Assembly (NCBI GenBank): GCA_001029755.1
Contig: CP011214.1
Span: forward strand, 200,595-264,594
Reading direction: 5' to 3'
Length of the DNA stretch: 64,000 bases
Source: Candidatus Woesebacteria bacterium GW2011_GWF1_31_35
Lineage (GTDB): Bacteria; Patescibacteriota; Microgenomatia; UBA8517
Part shown: positions 48,160 to 57,691 of the stretch, piece after piece
Numbering within the stretch: the stretch's first letter is position 1
How the letters are laid out: each line of letters opens with the position of its first letter
The notes under the pieces: generated by a model
Seen by the model: only the letters and a program-made list of their open reading frames with translations
Told to the model about the DNA's origin: nothing
Databases searched by the model: none
Position numbers and translations under genes: made by a program

Positions 48160-48837
48160 TTATTCCGTCTTTGAAGCTTCAGAGGGTTTTGCTTCAGCAA
48201 CTACCTCACCTTCAGCAGGAACTTCACCTTCAACTGTTGCACCTTCAGCAGGAACTTCACCTTCAACTGGAACAGGAGCTTCAACAACTTCTTCTTTAGT
48301 AGGAGGTTCAACTTTAACAACAATTGATTCCAAATCGGTTAATATTGTAACTTTTTTATCTACTTTCAAATCTTTAACATATATAGCTTGATCAACTTCT
48401 ATTAAGGTAGACGCATCAATAATAATTTTTTCTGGTAAATCAGTTGGAAGGGCTTCTACTTCTATTTCACTAATTTGTTGTACAACTGTACCTAAGTTTT
48501 GTTTTTCAGCTGGAGACTCCCCTTCTACTTCAACTGGAACTTTAGCAGAAATTTTTTCTGTTAAGTCTACTTGTCTAAAATCAATATGAAGATAAGATCC
48601 AGAAACAGGATCGATTTGAATATTTGAAATTAATACAGACTTTCCATCAATATCAATTAATTGAGTCTCCCCTGCTTTTTTAAATATTTCATCAAATTCT
48701 TTTGCATTAACTGTTAAAGCATGTGATTTTATTTTCTTACCAAAAATATTAGCAGGAATTAAACCTTCTTTTCTTAATCTTTTTACTTTTCTTCCAAAAT
48801 CTTCTCTTTTAGTTGATTTAAGTGTAATTTTTGTCAT
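48160..48837 (-). CDS. rplY: 50S ribosomal protein L25/Ctc with acidic repeat tail
   Basis: ITLKSTKREDFGRKVKRLRKEGLIPANIFGK...SVLISNIQIDPVSGSYLHIDF is L25/Ctc; the C-terminus carries EGEVPAEG repeats. Confidence 0.75.
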   Translation of the reverse strand: MTKITLKSTKREDFGRKVKRLRKEGLIPANIFGKKIKSHALTVNAKEFDEIFKKAGETQLIDIDGKSVLISNIQIDPVSGSYLHIDFRQVDLTEKISAKVPVEVEGESPAEKQNLGTVVQQISEIEVEALPTDLPEKIIIDASTLIEVDQAIYVKDLKVDKKVTILTDLESIVVKVEPPTKEEVVEAPVPVEGEVPAEGATVEGEVPAEGEVVAEAKPSEASKTE

Positions 48838-48853
48838 TCAATTAATGTTTAAC

Positions 48854-51172
48854 TTATTTAAAAAATAATCTGGCTGAAAAATCTTTAGCCAGAGTTGTAT
48901 TATAAACTGGAAGTGCCTTACCCGTCAAGGTAAGATCTTTACTACTAATATTTACCCTTAAACCATCATTTTCGGTACCAGCTTGTTTTCTTACTAATAA
49001 TCTAAATTCACCACCCTGGTTTAATTTATTATTCGGTAAAATCCAAACGATTTGAATCTTGCTGGAAGTACTTGGAAGAAGCTCAAATAAAAAACCAATT
49101 TCTTTTCTATTATTTATTTCAGTTGTATCAAATTCTAAATCCTTGTAGTTATTATTTGAATCAAAAATTCTAAGACTAACAACAGAAGCTTCTTGAGGAA
49201 TTAATAATCTAGTGTAGCTTTTATAATTTCCTGGTGCTCCAATTAATTTCCCTGCGTTATTTTCATAATTTATTGATAATTCATGATTAATATATTCTTT
49301 GTTAATCTGTAACTTTATGTCTTGAGATCTTTTAATAAAGAGGTTCGCCTTATTAACTCCAAGGTTTGCATCAATTAAAGAATAATTATCAGAAAAACAT
49401 CTTGATCCACAACTCGTATTTGTGTCTATTTGTCCTGAAAAACCAAGAGAAGATATTGCTTCTTGAGAATTTTGATCATGTAAAAATACTTGTATATGTC
49501 TTTCTTCTAAACTTTTATATATTTCTTTAAAAAGTAAAAAATATTTACTACTTGGTAAATTCTCTAATTCTATTATTAAGTTTTTAGAAAGAGATGTTAA
49601 AAAACTTGCCTTTTTAATTGATCCTGGGAAAAATTCGCTTTCTACTTCACTTTGTGTTGTTTGATAAAGATTTTTATCATCTATTGTCTTTTTAAAATCA
49701 ACAAGATTAATAGGCCCTGTAATTTTAAGTAAACTTTGTATGAAATAAAGATCAATTGCAACAACTCCATCTACCTGTTGATCAGTTTCTTTATCTAAAA
49801 ACCATTCAACTTTTTGTGATGATGTTTTAAAATCTGGGTCCCAATTAGAATCTCTCAAAAACCAACCTCCTTCACCTAAATATTTAAGGATTGGTCCTGG
49901 TGGATCAACATGACCCTTAAGTTGTCCGTCTGCACTATATACATCATTTACTACAATTTCGGTTAGACGTCCCTTATCAAAAGTAATAATTGCAAATGAT
50001 CCAATAAACCCTCCGGTTGGTCTTAATTCCATGTTGTTTTGAAAAAGTATTAAATATTTTTTCGGTTTATCAAGTCCTAATAAATTTGAGATTCTCGAAG
50101 TTAAATTTTTAAATTCATATATTTTATTTTTTAATACCCCAATATCTATATTTTCTTTTAATAATTTATTTCTAATATAATTTCCAATAAACCCCTCTTG
50201 TTCATTAATATCACTTTGTAAAAATCCAATGTCAGTATGGATTTTATCTAAACTCGCAGAGATTCCATTTGAGTAAAATTCAAAATCATAAATTTCATCC
50301 CCCATAATTTTTGATACAAAATCTTTTGTTAAAATTAAAAGTGACAAACTTTCTTCGCCCAAATTAGTAGTTTTAATTAACAAATTTGAAGTGTTATAAA
50401 AAATCGGAATTCCAAAACTTAAAGATTTTGAAGAATAAGAAAAAAAAGTAGAGGCTTTTATTAATTTACTTGATAATTCACTATTCTTAGTCACCAACTT
50501 TAAGGATAAAAGTGAAGTGCTTAATGATAAAAAAATTAATACAAGAGGAATTAAAAACACTAAAAGGATTGTTATAAACAAAAGGGTAAGTTTTTTATAA
50601 AACTTTTTGTTTGAAAAATAACTTTTTTTCTTATTTGTAATTGTATTTGACTTAGTACTAGTATTTACTGGCAATAAAATTGCATTATTATTTTTTATTT
50701 TGATTTCTTTTTGTTCAGGCAAAGATTTATTAAGATTTATAAAATTCTTTAAAGAAAGTGTTTGACCAGATATACCAAACGACAATGTCTCTTTTACAAT
50801 TCTTTGAGAAACCTTTTCTAAATTAACCGTGTTGGAAAAATCAACCTCTTTTGGAATTAAAATTACTCCGAGATTAAGATTTAGGTCTAACAATTTTTGT
50901 TCGTTTTTATCATCTAGGGGGTAAAGAACAATAATTCTGCAATTTAAATTATCTATTAATCCTTTAATATTTTCGATAGAATCAAAGTCATCCAATAAAT
51001 TAATTATCAAATAACCAAAATTTTTTAAATCATTTCTTTTTAAATCATTAAAAATGATTGCATCAATATATTTTTCTTTAAATATGTTTTTTAATTTTTC
51101 TGATAAGAGGTTTTCTTTTGAATAAATTCCAAGCTTTAGACTATTGTCTTCCATATCTATTAATCCTATCAC
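48854..51172 (-). CDS. Large membrane-anchored extracytoplasmic protein (possibly DUF4012-type)
   Basis: 772 aa: a roughly 190-aa cytoplasmic N-terminus, one TM (LTLLFITILLVFLIPLVLIFLSL), then a large outside domain. The family assignment is tentative. Confidence 0.4.
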   Translation of the reverse strand: MIGLIDMEDNSLKLGIYSKENLLSEKLKNIFKEKYIDAIIFNDLKRNDLKNFGYLIINLLDDFDSIENIKGLIDNLNCRIIVLYPLDDKNEQKLLDLNLNLGVILIPKEVDFSNTVNLEKVSQRIVKETLSFGISGQTLSLKNFINLNKSLPEQKEIKIKNNNAILLPVNTSTKSNTITNKKKSYFSNKKFYKKLTLLFITILLVFLIPLVLIFLSLSTSLLSLKLVTKNSELSSKLIKASTFFSYSSKSLSFGIPIFYNTSNLLIKTTNLGEESLSLLILTKDFVSKIMGDEIYDFEFYSNGISASLDKIHTDIGFLQSDINEQEGFIGNYIRNKLLKENIDIGVLKNKIYEFKNLTSRISNLLGLDKPKKYLILFQNNMELRPTGGFIGSFAIITFDKGRLTEIVVNDVYSADGQLKGHVDPPGPILKYLGEGGWFLRDSNWDPDFKTSSQKVEWFLDKETDQQVDGVVAIDLYFIQSLLKITGPINLVDFKKTIDDKNLYQTTQSEVESEFFPGSIKKASFLTSLSKNLIIELENLPSSKYFLLFKEIYKSLEERHIQVFLHDQNSQEAISSLGFSGQIDTNTSCGSRCFSDNYSLIDANLGVNKANLFIKRSQDIKLQINKEYINHELSINYENNAGKLIGAPGNYKSYTRLLIPQEASVVSLRIFDSNNNYKDLEFDTTEINNRKEIGFLFELLPSTSSKIQIVWILPNNKLNQGGEFRLLVRKQAGTENDGLRVNISSKDLTLTGKALPVYNTTLAKDFSARLFFK

Positions 51173-51239
51173 AACTAATAGGATGAGACTATTTTAAAAT
51201 TTTCCGTAAACTTAAAGATTTAAAAGTAATTATTAAAAT

Positions 51240-51650
51240 TTATTTTCCCGTTGAAGCTGATGCGTCTAATTCCTCATTAACTAAAGTGTCTGCTAATTCA
51301 TTGTCTGATCTATAAGCCCAAATAAACTTAATTTTTAAATTATTGTTAGTTAAAATATCTAAAATCTTCTTGTGAAACTTTTTAAGTTTTTCACTCTTCA
51401 CCTTATATTTCCCATTAATTTGTCTTTCAACTAATTGAGAATCTAAATTAACAATTAGCTCTCCTTTTAAATTACTATCAATTATCCAATTAAGTGCCAT
51501 CAAAACTGCTTGATACTCAGCAATATTGTTAGTTTCAGTTCCTAAAAATTTACTTTCTTTGTAAACTATTTCATTATCTTTCACTGCAACAAAGGCAGAA
51601 GCTGCTGGTCCTGGATTTCCACGAGACCCTCCATCACAATAAATAATCAT
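51240..51650 (-). CDS. rnhA: Ribonuclease HI
   Basis: IIYCDGGSRGNPGPAASAFV, TNNIAEYQAVLMAL, and the DSQLVERQING catalytic blocks. Confidence 0.8.
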   Translation of the reverse strand: MIIYCDGGSRGNPGPAASAFVAVKDNEIVYKESKFLGTETNNIAEYQAVLMALNWIIDSNLKGELIVNLDSQLVERQINGKYKVKSEKLKKFHKKILDILTNNNLKIKFIWAYRSDNELADTLVNEELDASASTGK

Positions 51651-51661
51651 ATATTAGTATT

Positions 51662-52789
51662 TTACTTTTTTTTAGAAGTTAGTGACAGGGCTAAAACAAA
51701 AGTGAATAATAAAATATTTTGTTGAAGGGTTATCCAATAATGATCAGATAAACCTGTGATTAATATTGCGTATAAGGAAAATATATAAACCTTAATTCCT
51801 TTAGAAAAAATAAAAGAGCGAATTAATAAGTAGACGAATAACATTAACCCAATAATTCCAGTTTCAGAAAAGATAAGCAGATAAATATTATGAACGGGTT
51901 GAAGTTCCCAAGAGTTTAAAAACCCATTAGAAACTTTTACTAAATTAGGAATAAAATTATTTAGACCAACTCCAACAAAAAAGTTTTGTTTAATCAAATG
52001 AAGTGATGATTTTAACAATTCTATCCTATGTGAAAATGTCCTTGATCCAAAATCAATAAATAAAAATGTGTAATTTAAGTAAGGATTTACATAAATTAAA
52101 ATCAAAATAAATATTGTTAAAAATACATTCAAAGAAAATGTGAGTAATAAATTTGTGATAATTAAAATTGATAAGATATAAAAATATTTTTTATTAAATA
52201 GATTTTTAAATTTTATAAAAAATATCGAGAAAACTAATAGAAAACCGGCAAAGGAATTAGGATGAGAGAAAAAAGCATAAGGCCTTAGCATTTCTGTTCC
52301 TAACATATTAAACGCAGATATACCCGGATCCCCTAGTCTAAAACTTCTTTCGCCTAACAAATAAAATGGTCCACCAATGGTTTTTCCTAAAAGCCATTGC
52401 ACTATTCCTAAAAAACATGCAATAAAAATAGAATATGAAAGTGGTTTAATAAAATTATCAAAAACTTTAAAATTTTTAGATTTAATAATTAATAGACCAA
52501 GAAGAATCATTTCAGATACCTTTATCCATTTATATATACTGGGTATTTTATATTGGGACACTAAAACATTGATAATAATAAAGGATACAAATAACAAAGT
52601 TGTGAATAACTTAAACTTAATTTTTTTAATATTAAAAAATAATAATAAAAATATAATGATATCTGTTAAATATATTGTTGGAATTAAATAATCAATTTTA
52701 AAACCAAATACTGTCGAGGTTAAAAAATTTAAATGAAATCCTAATTGGGTGGGGATTAAAAAAGATAATAAATTAAATAAAAATACCAC
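51662..52789 (-). CDS. O-antigen ligase/Wzy_C-like polytopic membrane protein
   Basis: About 10 TM helices with a central extracytoplasmic loop; weak family-level call. Confidence 0.4.
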   Translation of the reverse strand: MVFLFNLLSFLIPTQLGFHLNFLTSTVFGFKIDYLIPTIYLTDIIIFLLLFFNIKKIKFKLFTTLLFVSFIIINVLVSQYKIPSIYKWIKVSEMILLGLLIIKSKNFKVFDNFIKPLSYSIFIACFLGIVQWLLGKTIGGPFYLLGERSFRLGDPGISAFNMLGTEMLRPYAFFSHPNSFAGFLLVFSIFFIKFKNLFNKKYFYILSILIITNLLLTFSLNVFLTIFILILIYVNPYLNYTFLFIDFGSRTFSHRIELLKSSLHLIKQNFFVGVGLNNFIPNLVKVSNGFLNSWELQPVHNIYLLIFSETGIIGLMLFVYLLIRSFIFSKGIKVYIFSLYAILITGLSDHYWITLQQNILLFTFVLALSLTSKKK

Positions 52790-53250
52790 TATTTAGATTT
52801 TACTACTAAATATCTTTCTGGTTCTTCTCCTTGAGATTCACTTAAAACATCTCCTCTTTCTGCTAAGTGCATATGAACAACTCTTCGTTGAGATGCATTT
52901 AAATTATAAATAGGTTGTGGTTCGTTTGTTTCAATCGCCCTATCTGCTGAAATATTTGCAAGTTCTTTTAATTTCTCTTCTTGTTTTTGTCTATAATCTC
53001 CTACATTAACAATTATTCTAAACCACTCACCTGTTACTCCTTTTAACATAATTCCTAATACTGTCTGAATAGCGTTTATGTTTTCTCCTCTAAACCCAAT
53101 CAGAAGTCCTGTTTCGTCAGGAGTTGAAAGATTAACTTCAAATGTATCTTCCTCTTTTTCAACCACTTCAATTTCTGCATTTACTCCAGCTAAGGATAAT
53201 AATTTTTCAGTTAACTCCTTTATTTGATCTGTTGTTTTTACTTTAGTCAT
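52789..53250 (-). CDS. jag: Jag/KhpB-like KH + R3H RNA-binding protein
   Basis: Jag-N, KH (LLIGFRGENINAIQTVLGIMLK), R3H (LNASQRRVVHMHLAER). Conserved position after yidC. Confidence 0.7.
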   Translation of the reverse strand: MTKVKTTDQIKELTEKLLSLAGVNAEIEVVEKEEDTFEVNLSTPDETGLLIGFRGENINAIQTVLGIMLKGVTGEWFRIIVNVGDYRQKQEEKLKELANISADRAIETNEPQPIYNLNASQRRVVHMHLAERGDVLSESQGEEPERYLVVKSK

Positions 53251-53256
53251 AATTAT

Positions 53257-54075
53257 TTAAGTTTTTGATTTTAACAAACCAACTCTATTAATTAAAGGGG
53301 TAAGCCCTCCCCAACCTGATGTTTTATATTGTTGATAAATTTGAAATATAGAAAAAAGTAACCAATAAAGAGCAAGACCTGATGGAAATTTAATGCCAAA
53401 AAGAATAGTCATAGCAGGGAATGTGTAAATCATTGATGATTGCATTGCAGTTGCCATATCATCAGCCTGTCCTTTTGTTTTTTTGGCAAGTTGTTCTTCT
53501 TTCTTGACCAAAGGAGAAGTCATTTTTGCAGAGAAAAACTGCAATAGTCCTGCTAATATTAAAATTGGGCCTGGAATTGGAAAAGGAAGACCTGGAACAT
53601 TAAATACATCAGGCTTCCTAACATCAAGGTACAAAAATCCTGTATTTATTGTTTGTTCTTGGCTAAATTTTAATGGTTTGTATAAAAGTTCATTAAGTTT
53701 TGTCATTGCATCACCATTAACTGAAAGTGCTTTAGTAAAAACAGTAAAGAGAGAGATTAAGATAACAATTTGTAATATATAAGGCAAACATCCTGCTCCA
53801 GGATTAATTCCCTTTTGTTTATAAAGTTCAGTCTGAGCAGCCATTAAGGCTTTTTTGTCACTTCCATATTTATTTTTTAACTTATTGACCAAAGGTTCAA
53901 CCTCTTTTATCTTCTTCATTGAATTCATATAAGGAGCTGTTAGGGGATTTAAAATGACCCTTAAGAATAAACTAAAACCAATTATGGCAAGACCCATATT
54001 TTGGCCCAAGACTTTATAAAATAAAATAAGACCGTTTGTTAAGGGTTGAATCAAACCAACTGTAAAAATATTCAT
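53257..54075 (-). CDS. yidC: Membrane protein insertase YidC (short Gram-positive/CPR form)
   Basis: PLTAPYMNSMKKIKEVEPLVNKLKNKYG...LYKQKGINPGAGCLPYILQIVIL matches the YidC/Oxa1 conserved core. Confidence 0.85.
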   Translation of the reverse strand: MNIFTVGLIQPLTNGLILFYKVLGQNMGLAIIGFSLFLRVILNPLTAPYMNSMKKIKEVEPLVNKLKNKYGSDKKALMAAQTELYKQKGINPGAGCLPYILQIVILISLFTVFTKALSVNGDAMTKLNELLYKPLKFSQEQTINTGFLYLDVRKPDVFNVPGLPFPIPGPILILAGLLQFFSAKMTSPLVKKEEQLAKKTKGQADDMATAMQSSMIYTFPAMTILFGIKFPSGLALYWLLFSIFQIYQQYKTSGWGGLTPLINRVGLLKSKT

Positions 54076-54087
54076 ATATTTATTTTT

Positions 54088-54354
54088 TTAAACTTTAAAA
54101 AAATTATTGCAGCTTAAAATTCTTTTAAAAGAAAGCAAACCACCCTTGATGATACCATATTTTTCGATTACGACAACAGAGTATTCAGAACATGTTGGTT
54201 TATATCTACAGCCTCCTCCAAATAGATACTTTAGAATAGGGGAAAAGGTAGCCTTGTAACAAACAAGAATAATTTTAAGAAAAAATATAAATATTTTTCT
54301 TAAATACTTAAAAATAGCTTTAATAAATTCATAAATTCTTTGAAATAGCTTCAT
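54088..54354 (-). CDS. yidD: Membrane protein insertion efficiency factor YidD
   Basis: GGGCRYKPTCSEYSVVVIEKYGIIKG matches the YidD CRF.PSCS.Y motif. Confidence 0.7.
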   Translation of the reverse strand: MKLFQRIYEFIKAIFKYLRKIFIFFLKIILVCYKATFSPILKYLFGGGCRYKPTCSEYSVVVIEKYGIIKGGLLSFKRILSCNNFFKV

Positions 54355-54664
54355 TGATTTCCTTTTCTATTAATTCTCTATCAATTTTTAAAATTGATGG
54401 TTTAATCAAAAATATTACATCTAATCCAGGTTTAATCTTTTCAAAATTTAATCTAATATGGTCAGAAAAAAATCTTTTAATTCTATTTCTAACCACGGCT
54501 CTCTTTGATATTTTAGTTGAGATAACAAAACCAAAAAGAGAAGGGTCTTCGTCTTTTCGATCATAAACTCCTAACCCAAAATATTTAAATTGAGAAAGTT
54601 TTCCATCAATTTCAACCCTAACAAATGAGGATTTATATTTAAGTCTGTATTTTGAAGCAAGCAT
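54329..54664 (-). CDS. rnpA: RNase P protein component
   Basis: 111-aa basic protein with RAVVRNRIKRFFSDHIR (RNR motif). Its position lies between rpmH and yidD. Confidence 0.8.
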   Translation of the reverse strand: MLASKYRLKYKSSFVRVEIDGKLSQFKYFGLGVYDRKDEDPSLFGFVISTKISKRAVVRNRIKRFFSDHIRLNFEKIKPGLDVIFLIKPSILKIDRELIEKEINEAISKNL

Positions 54665-54688
54665 TAAAAAAATTAAGTAATAAAAAGG

Positions 54689-54832
54689 TTATGCGTTAAC
54701 TATTTTCTTTCTACCCTTTAAAATTCTTCTTTTCAAAACTTTCCTTCCGTTTATCGAGGAATTTCTTGACATGAAACCAAACTTTTTAATTCTTTTTAAT
54801 TTGTGTGGTTGATACGTTCTTTTTGTTGACAT
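54689..54832 (-). CDS. rpmH: 50S ribosomal protein L34
   Basis: Not in the ORF track because it is only 47 aa. Minus-strand translation gives [47 protein letters not shown], the L34 pattern. Confidence 0.85.
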   Translation of the reverse strand: MSTKRTYQPHKLKRIKKFGFMSRNSSINGRKVLKRRILKGRKKIVNA

Positions 54833-54918
54833 GAGGTGATTATAGCAAAGATAATAGATATTTACCAAGCCTTAAAATAAATATTTATTAATATAGTAAC
54901 TTTTTGCCACTTGACCAA

Positions 54919-54927
54919 TGTGGATAA
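54919..54927 (-). promoter_or_regulatory. Perfect DnaA box (TTATCCACA on the minus strand) upstream of dnaA
   Basis: tgtggataa at 54919-54927, in the rpmH-dnaA intergenic region. Confidence 0.6.
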
Positions 54928-54994
54928 CTTTTTTACTATGTGCAAGATACACAAGCTACGCTTATGCATCTTGCTCCTGCCTTTTTAATTACTC

Positions 54995-56368
54995 ATGGAA
55001 ACTGTTGATAAAGACAAGGTTTGGAAAGACACACTCGAGGTTCTCCGAGTATCTGTTTCTGATGCCACTTTTGGGACATGGTTAACCCACACACATCTTT
55101 CTGATGTAAAAGAAACTGGGGGTAGGGTAGTTTGTGAAATTGGATGTAACTCTATTTTTGTTAAATCCCAAGTAGAACAAAGGTATTTTGGTCTAATTCA
55201 AGATACCTTAACAAAACAATTTGAAAAACCCACTGATTTAACTTTTATAGTCAAGCCAAGACATGAAGAAAAACAAGTAACCACAAATACACCATCTCCT
55301 CTTTTTGATCAACCTAAAATAAATCAAGAGGAAATAAATTTAGCCACAAGAAGATCAAACGTAAGACCTAGTTTTACTTTTGAAAAATTTGCAGTTTCAG
55401 GTTCTAACCAACTAGCACACGCAGCTGCCGAAGCTATTGCTCAAAGTCCAGGAAATGCTTATAACCCATTATTTATTTGGGGTGGGGTAGGGGTGGGGAA
55501 AAGCCATTTAATGCATGCTGTTGGAAACTCAATGATTTCAAAAGATACAAGTTCAAAGATTATTGCCTGTACTGCAGAAGATTTTACTAATGATATTGTT
55601 GATGGAATTAGAAACAAAACAACAGCAGAAGTAAGAAAAAAATATAGGAAATTAGATGCTTTGTTTATTGATGATATTCAATTTATTGCTGGTAAAGATA
55701 CGGCTCAGGAAGAATTTTTCCACACCTTTAATGCTGTAACCTCAGCTGGGGGACAAGTAATATTAACTTCCGATAGGCCTCCTTCTGAAATTAGCAAGCT
55801 TGAAGAAAGACTTAAAAGTCGTTTTGAGGCTGGCTTAATTGTAGATATTGCACCACCTGATTTTGAGTTAAGGTGTGCAATTGTGCAAATTAAGGCAGAG
55901 GAAAGGGGAATTAAAATTGATTCAGAGATAGTACAGCTTATTGCCGGAAACATTGATTCGGCAAGAGCAATACAAGGATTTATTGTAAATTTATTTACGC
56001 AGGTTAATTTCAAGAAATTAGAATTAACATATGATGCAGTTCAGTCTATTCTAGGTAAAGGTAATGAGAAAAATGAAAGAGTAATTAAATCAAATCCTGA
56101 GGATGTTATTAATATTGTTTCAAAATACTATTCTGTTGGCAAAAAACAACTTTTAGGGGAATCAAGGGCAAGACCAATTGCAAGGCCTAGACAAATGTTA
56201 ATGTATTTACTTAAAACTCAATTAGGGATTCCTTACCAAGAAGTGGGTAGACTTATTGGAGGAAGGGATCATACAACAGTGATGCACGCTGTTAATAAAA
56301 TACAAGAATTGGCTTCAAGTAGTGTGGATATTCAAGAGGATATAAGGGGGATTAAAAAGTCACTTTGA
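54995..56368 (+). CDS. dnaA: Chromosomal replication initiator DnaA
   Basis: Walker A GGVGVGKSHLMHAVGN, AAA+ core, and the C-terminal DNA-binding signature GGRDHTTVMHAVNKI. Confidence 0.95.
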   Translation: METVDKDKVWKDTLEVLRVSVSDATFGTWLTHTHLSDVKETGGRVVCEIGCNSIFVKSQVEQRYFGLIQDTLTKQFEKPTDLTFIVKPRHEEKQVTTNTPSPLFDQPKINQEEINLATRRSNVRPSFTFEKFAVSGSNQLAHAAAEAIAQSPGNAYNPLFIWGGVGVGKSHLMHAVGNSMISKDTSSKIIACTAEDFTNDIVDGIRNKTTAEVRKKYRKLDALFIDDIQFIAGKDTAQEEFFHTFNAVTSAGGQVILTSDRPPSEISKLEERLKSRFEAGLIVDIAPPDFELRCAIVQIKAEERGIKIDSEIVQLIAGNIDSARAIQGFIVNLFTQVNFKKLELTYDAVQSILGKGNEKNERVIKSNPEDVINIVSKYYSVGKKQLLGESRARPIARPRQMLMYLLKTQLGIPYQEVGRLIGGRDHTTVMHAVNKIQELASSSVDIQEDIRGIKKSL

Positions 56369-56436
56369 GGATAAGATTTGAAAGTTCTCCACTTATCCAC
56401 AAATTAGATTAATTTATACACAAATCTATCCACAAC
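56367..56436. promoter_or_regulatory. oriC DnaA-box cluster between dnaA and dnaN
   Basis: ttatcctca (reverse, 1 mismatch) at 56367-56375; TTATCCACA (perfect) at 56393-56401; TTATACACA (1 mismatch) at 56413-56421; CTATCCACA (1 mismatch) at 56427-56435. An AT-rich stretch follows (attaatcttaattgattaatt). Confidence 0.65.
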
Positions 56437-56558
56437 AGGTTAGCCATAGTTATTAACACGAAATTATGACGAACATTAATCTTAATTGATTAATTCCTTA
56501 CACATATATACCGTCCCTACTACTAGTACTACTAGTTAAAATATGATAAAAACAAACT

Positions 56559-57668
56559 ATGAAATTAACTGTTTTACAAGAAAATTTAAAAAATGCAGTA
56601 ACTATAACTTCTCATTTTATTTCTCCTAAAGCACAACTTCCAATATTGGGAAATATCTTAATTAAAACTGATAAATCTAAACTTATATTATCTTCTACTA
56701 ATTTGGAAACATCTGTTTCAACTTCAATTGGAGCTAAAGTTGAAAAGGAAGGAGAAATTACAGTTCCTGGAAGAATATTCAGTGATGTTATTTCAAATCT
56801 TTCTTCTGGAACGATTGAAATAGAAGTAGAGAAAGAACAAATAAAAATTACTTCAGGAACATTTAAATCAAACATCTTAGGTGTTAATTCTTCCGATTTT
56901 CCAATAATTCCTAATTCAATTGGAAAAAATTCATTAACTCTACCCAAAAATAAATTTTTAGAAGGATTAAATAAAACTCTTTTTGCTGTTTCAACTGACG
57001 AAACAAGACCTGTTTTAACTGGAATCCTTTTTGTATTTAAAGGCAAAAATTTACATTTAGTATCAACAGATGGTTTTAGACTTTCTCAAAAGACAATCAA
57101 ACTAGAAAAGGAATTTGAAGATCAAAAAATTATTGTGCCTAAAACAATACTTCTTGAAATTTCAAAACTAGGAAGTAGTGATGATATTTCATTTTCGTTT
57201 AGTAAAAAAGATAATCAAATTGTTTTTGTAAGTGGGGAAACAGTATTCTCTTCAAGAGTAATAGAAGGGGAATATCCAGATTTTGAAAAGATATTACCAA
57301 AGTCATCAGTTTTAAATGTCTTAATTGATAAAGAAGATTTTGAAAAAGCAGTTAAACTAGCATCAGTCTTTTCTAGAGACGCCGGAAACATATTAAAATT
57401 GTCAATTGATAAAAATACTTTAAAAGTGATTGCAGAAAGTTCAACTTCAGGAAACCAAGAAACTAATTTGGAGGTTAAGGTTGAAAAGAAATCTGAATTT
57501 GATGGGGGAGTAGAAATATCCTTTAATTATAGATTTATTGAAGAAGTATTAAGAGTAATATCATCTGATGATATATTAATTGAATTTGGAGGGCCCAATA
57601 CTCCAGGAAAGTTTATTGATAATAAAGATACAGATTTTCTTCATTTAATAATGCCTATTAAGACTTGA
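56559..57668 (+). CDS. dnaN: DNA polymerase III beta sliding clamp
   Basis: 369 aa with three-domain beta-clamp organisation; MKLTVLQENLKNAVTITSHFIS N-terminus. Confidence 0.9.
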   Translation: MKLTVLQENLKNAVTITSHFISPKAQLPILGNILIKTDKSKLILSSTNLETSVSTSIGAKVEKEGEITVPGRIFSDVISNLSSGTIEIEVEKEQIKITSGTFKSNILGVNSSDFPIIPNSIGKNSLTLPKNKFLEGLNKTLFAVSTDETRPVLTGILFVFKGKNLHLVSTDGFRLSQKTIKLEKEFEDQKIIVPKTILLEISKLGSSDDISFSFSKKDNQIVFVSGETVFSSRVIEGEYPDFEKILPKSSVLNVLIDKEDFEKAVKLASVFSRDAGNILKLSIDKNTLKVIAESSTSGNQETNLEVKVEKKSEFDGGVEISFNYRFIEEVLRVISSDDILIEFGGPNTPGKFIDNKDTDFLHLIMPIKT

Positions 57669-57691
57669 TTTAAAAAAATAAATAATTAACT

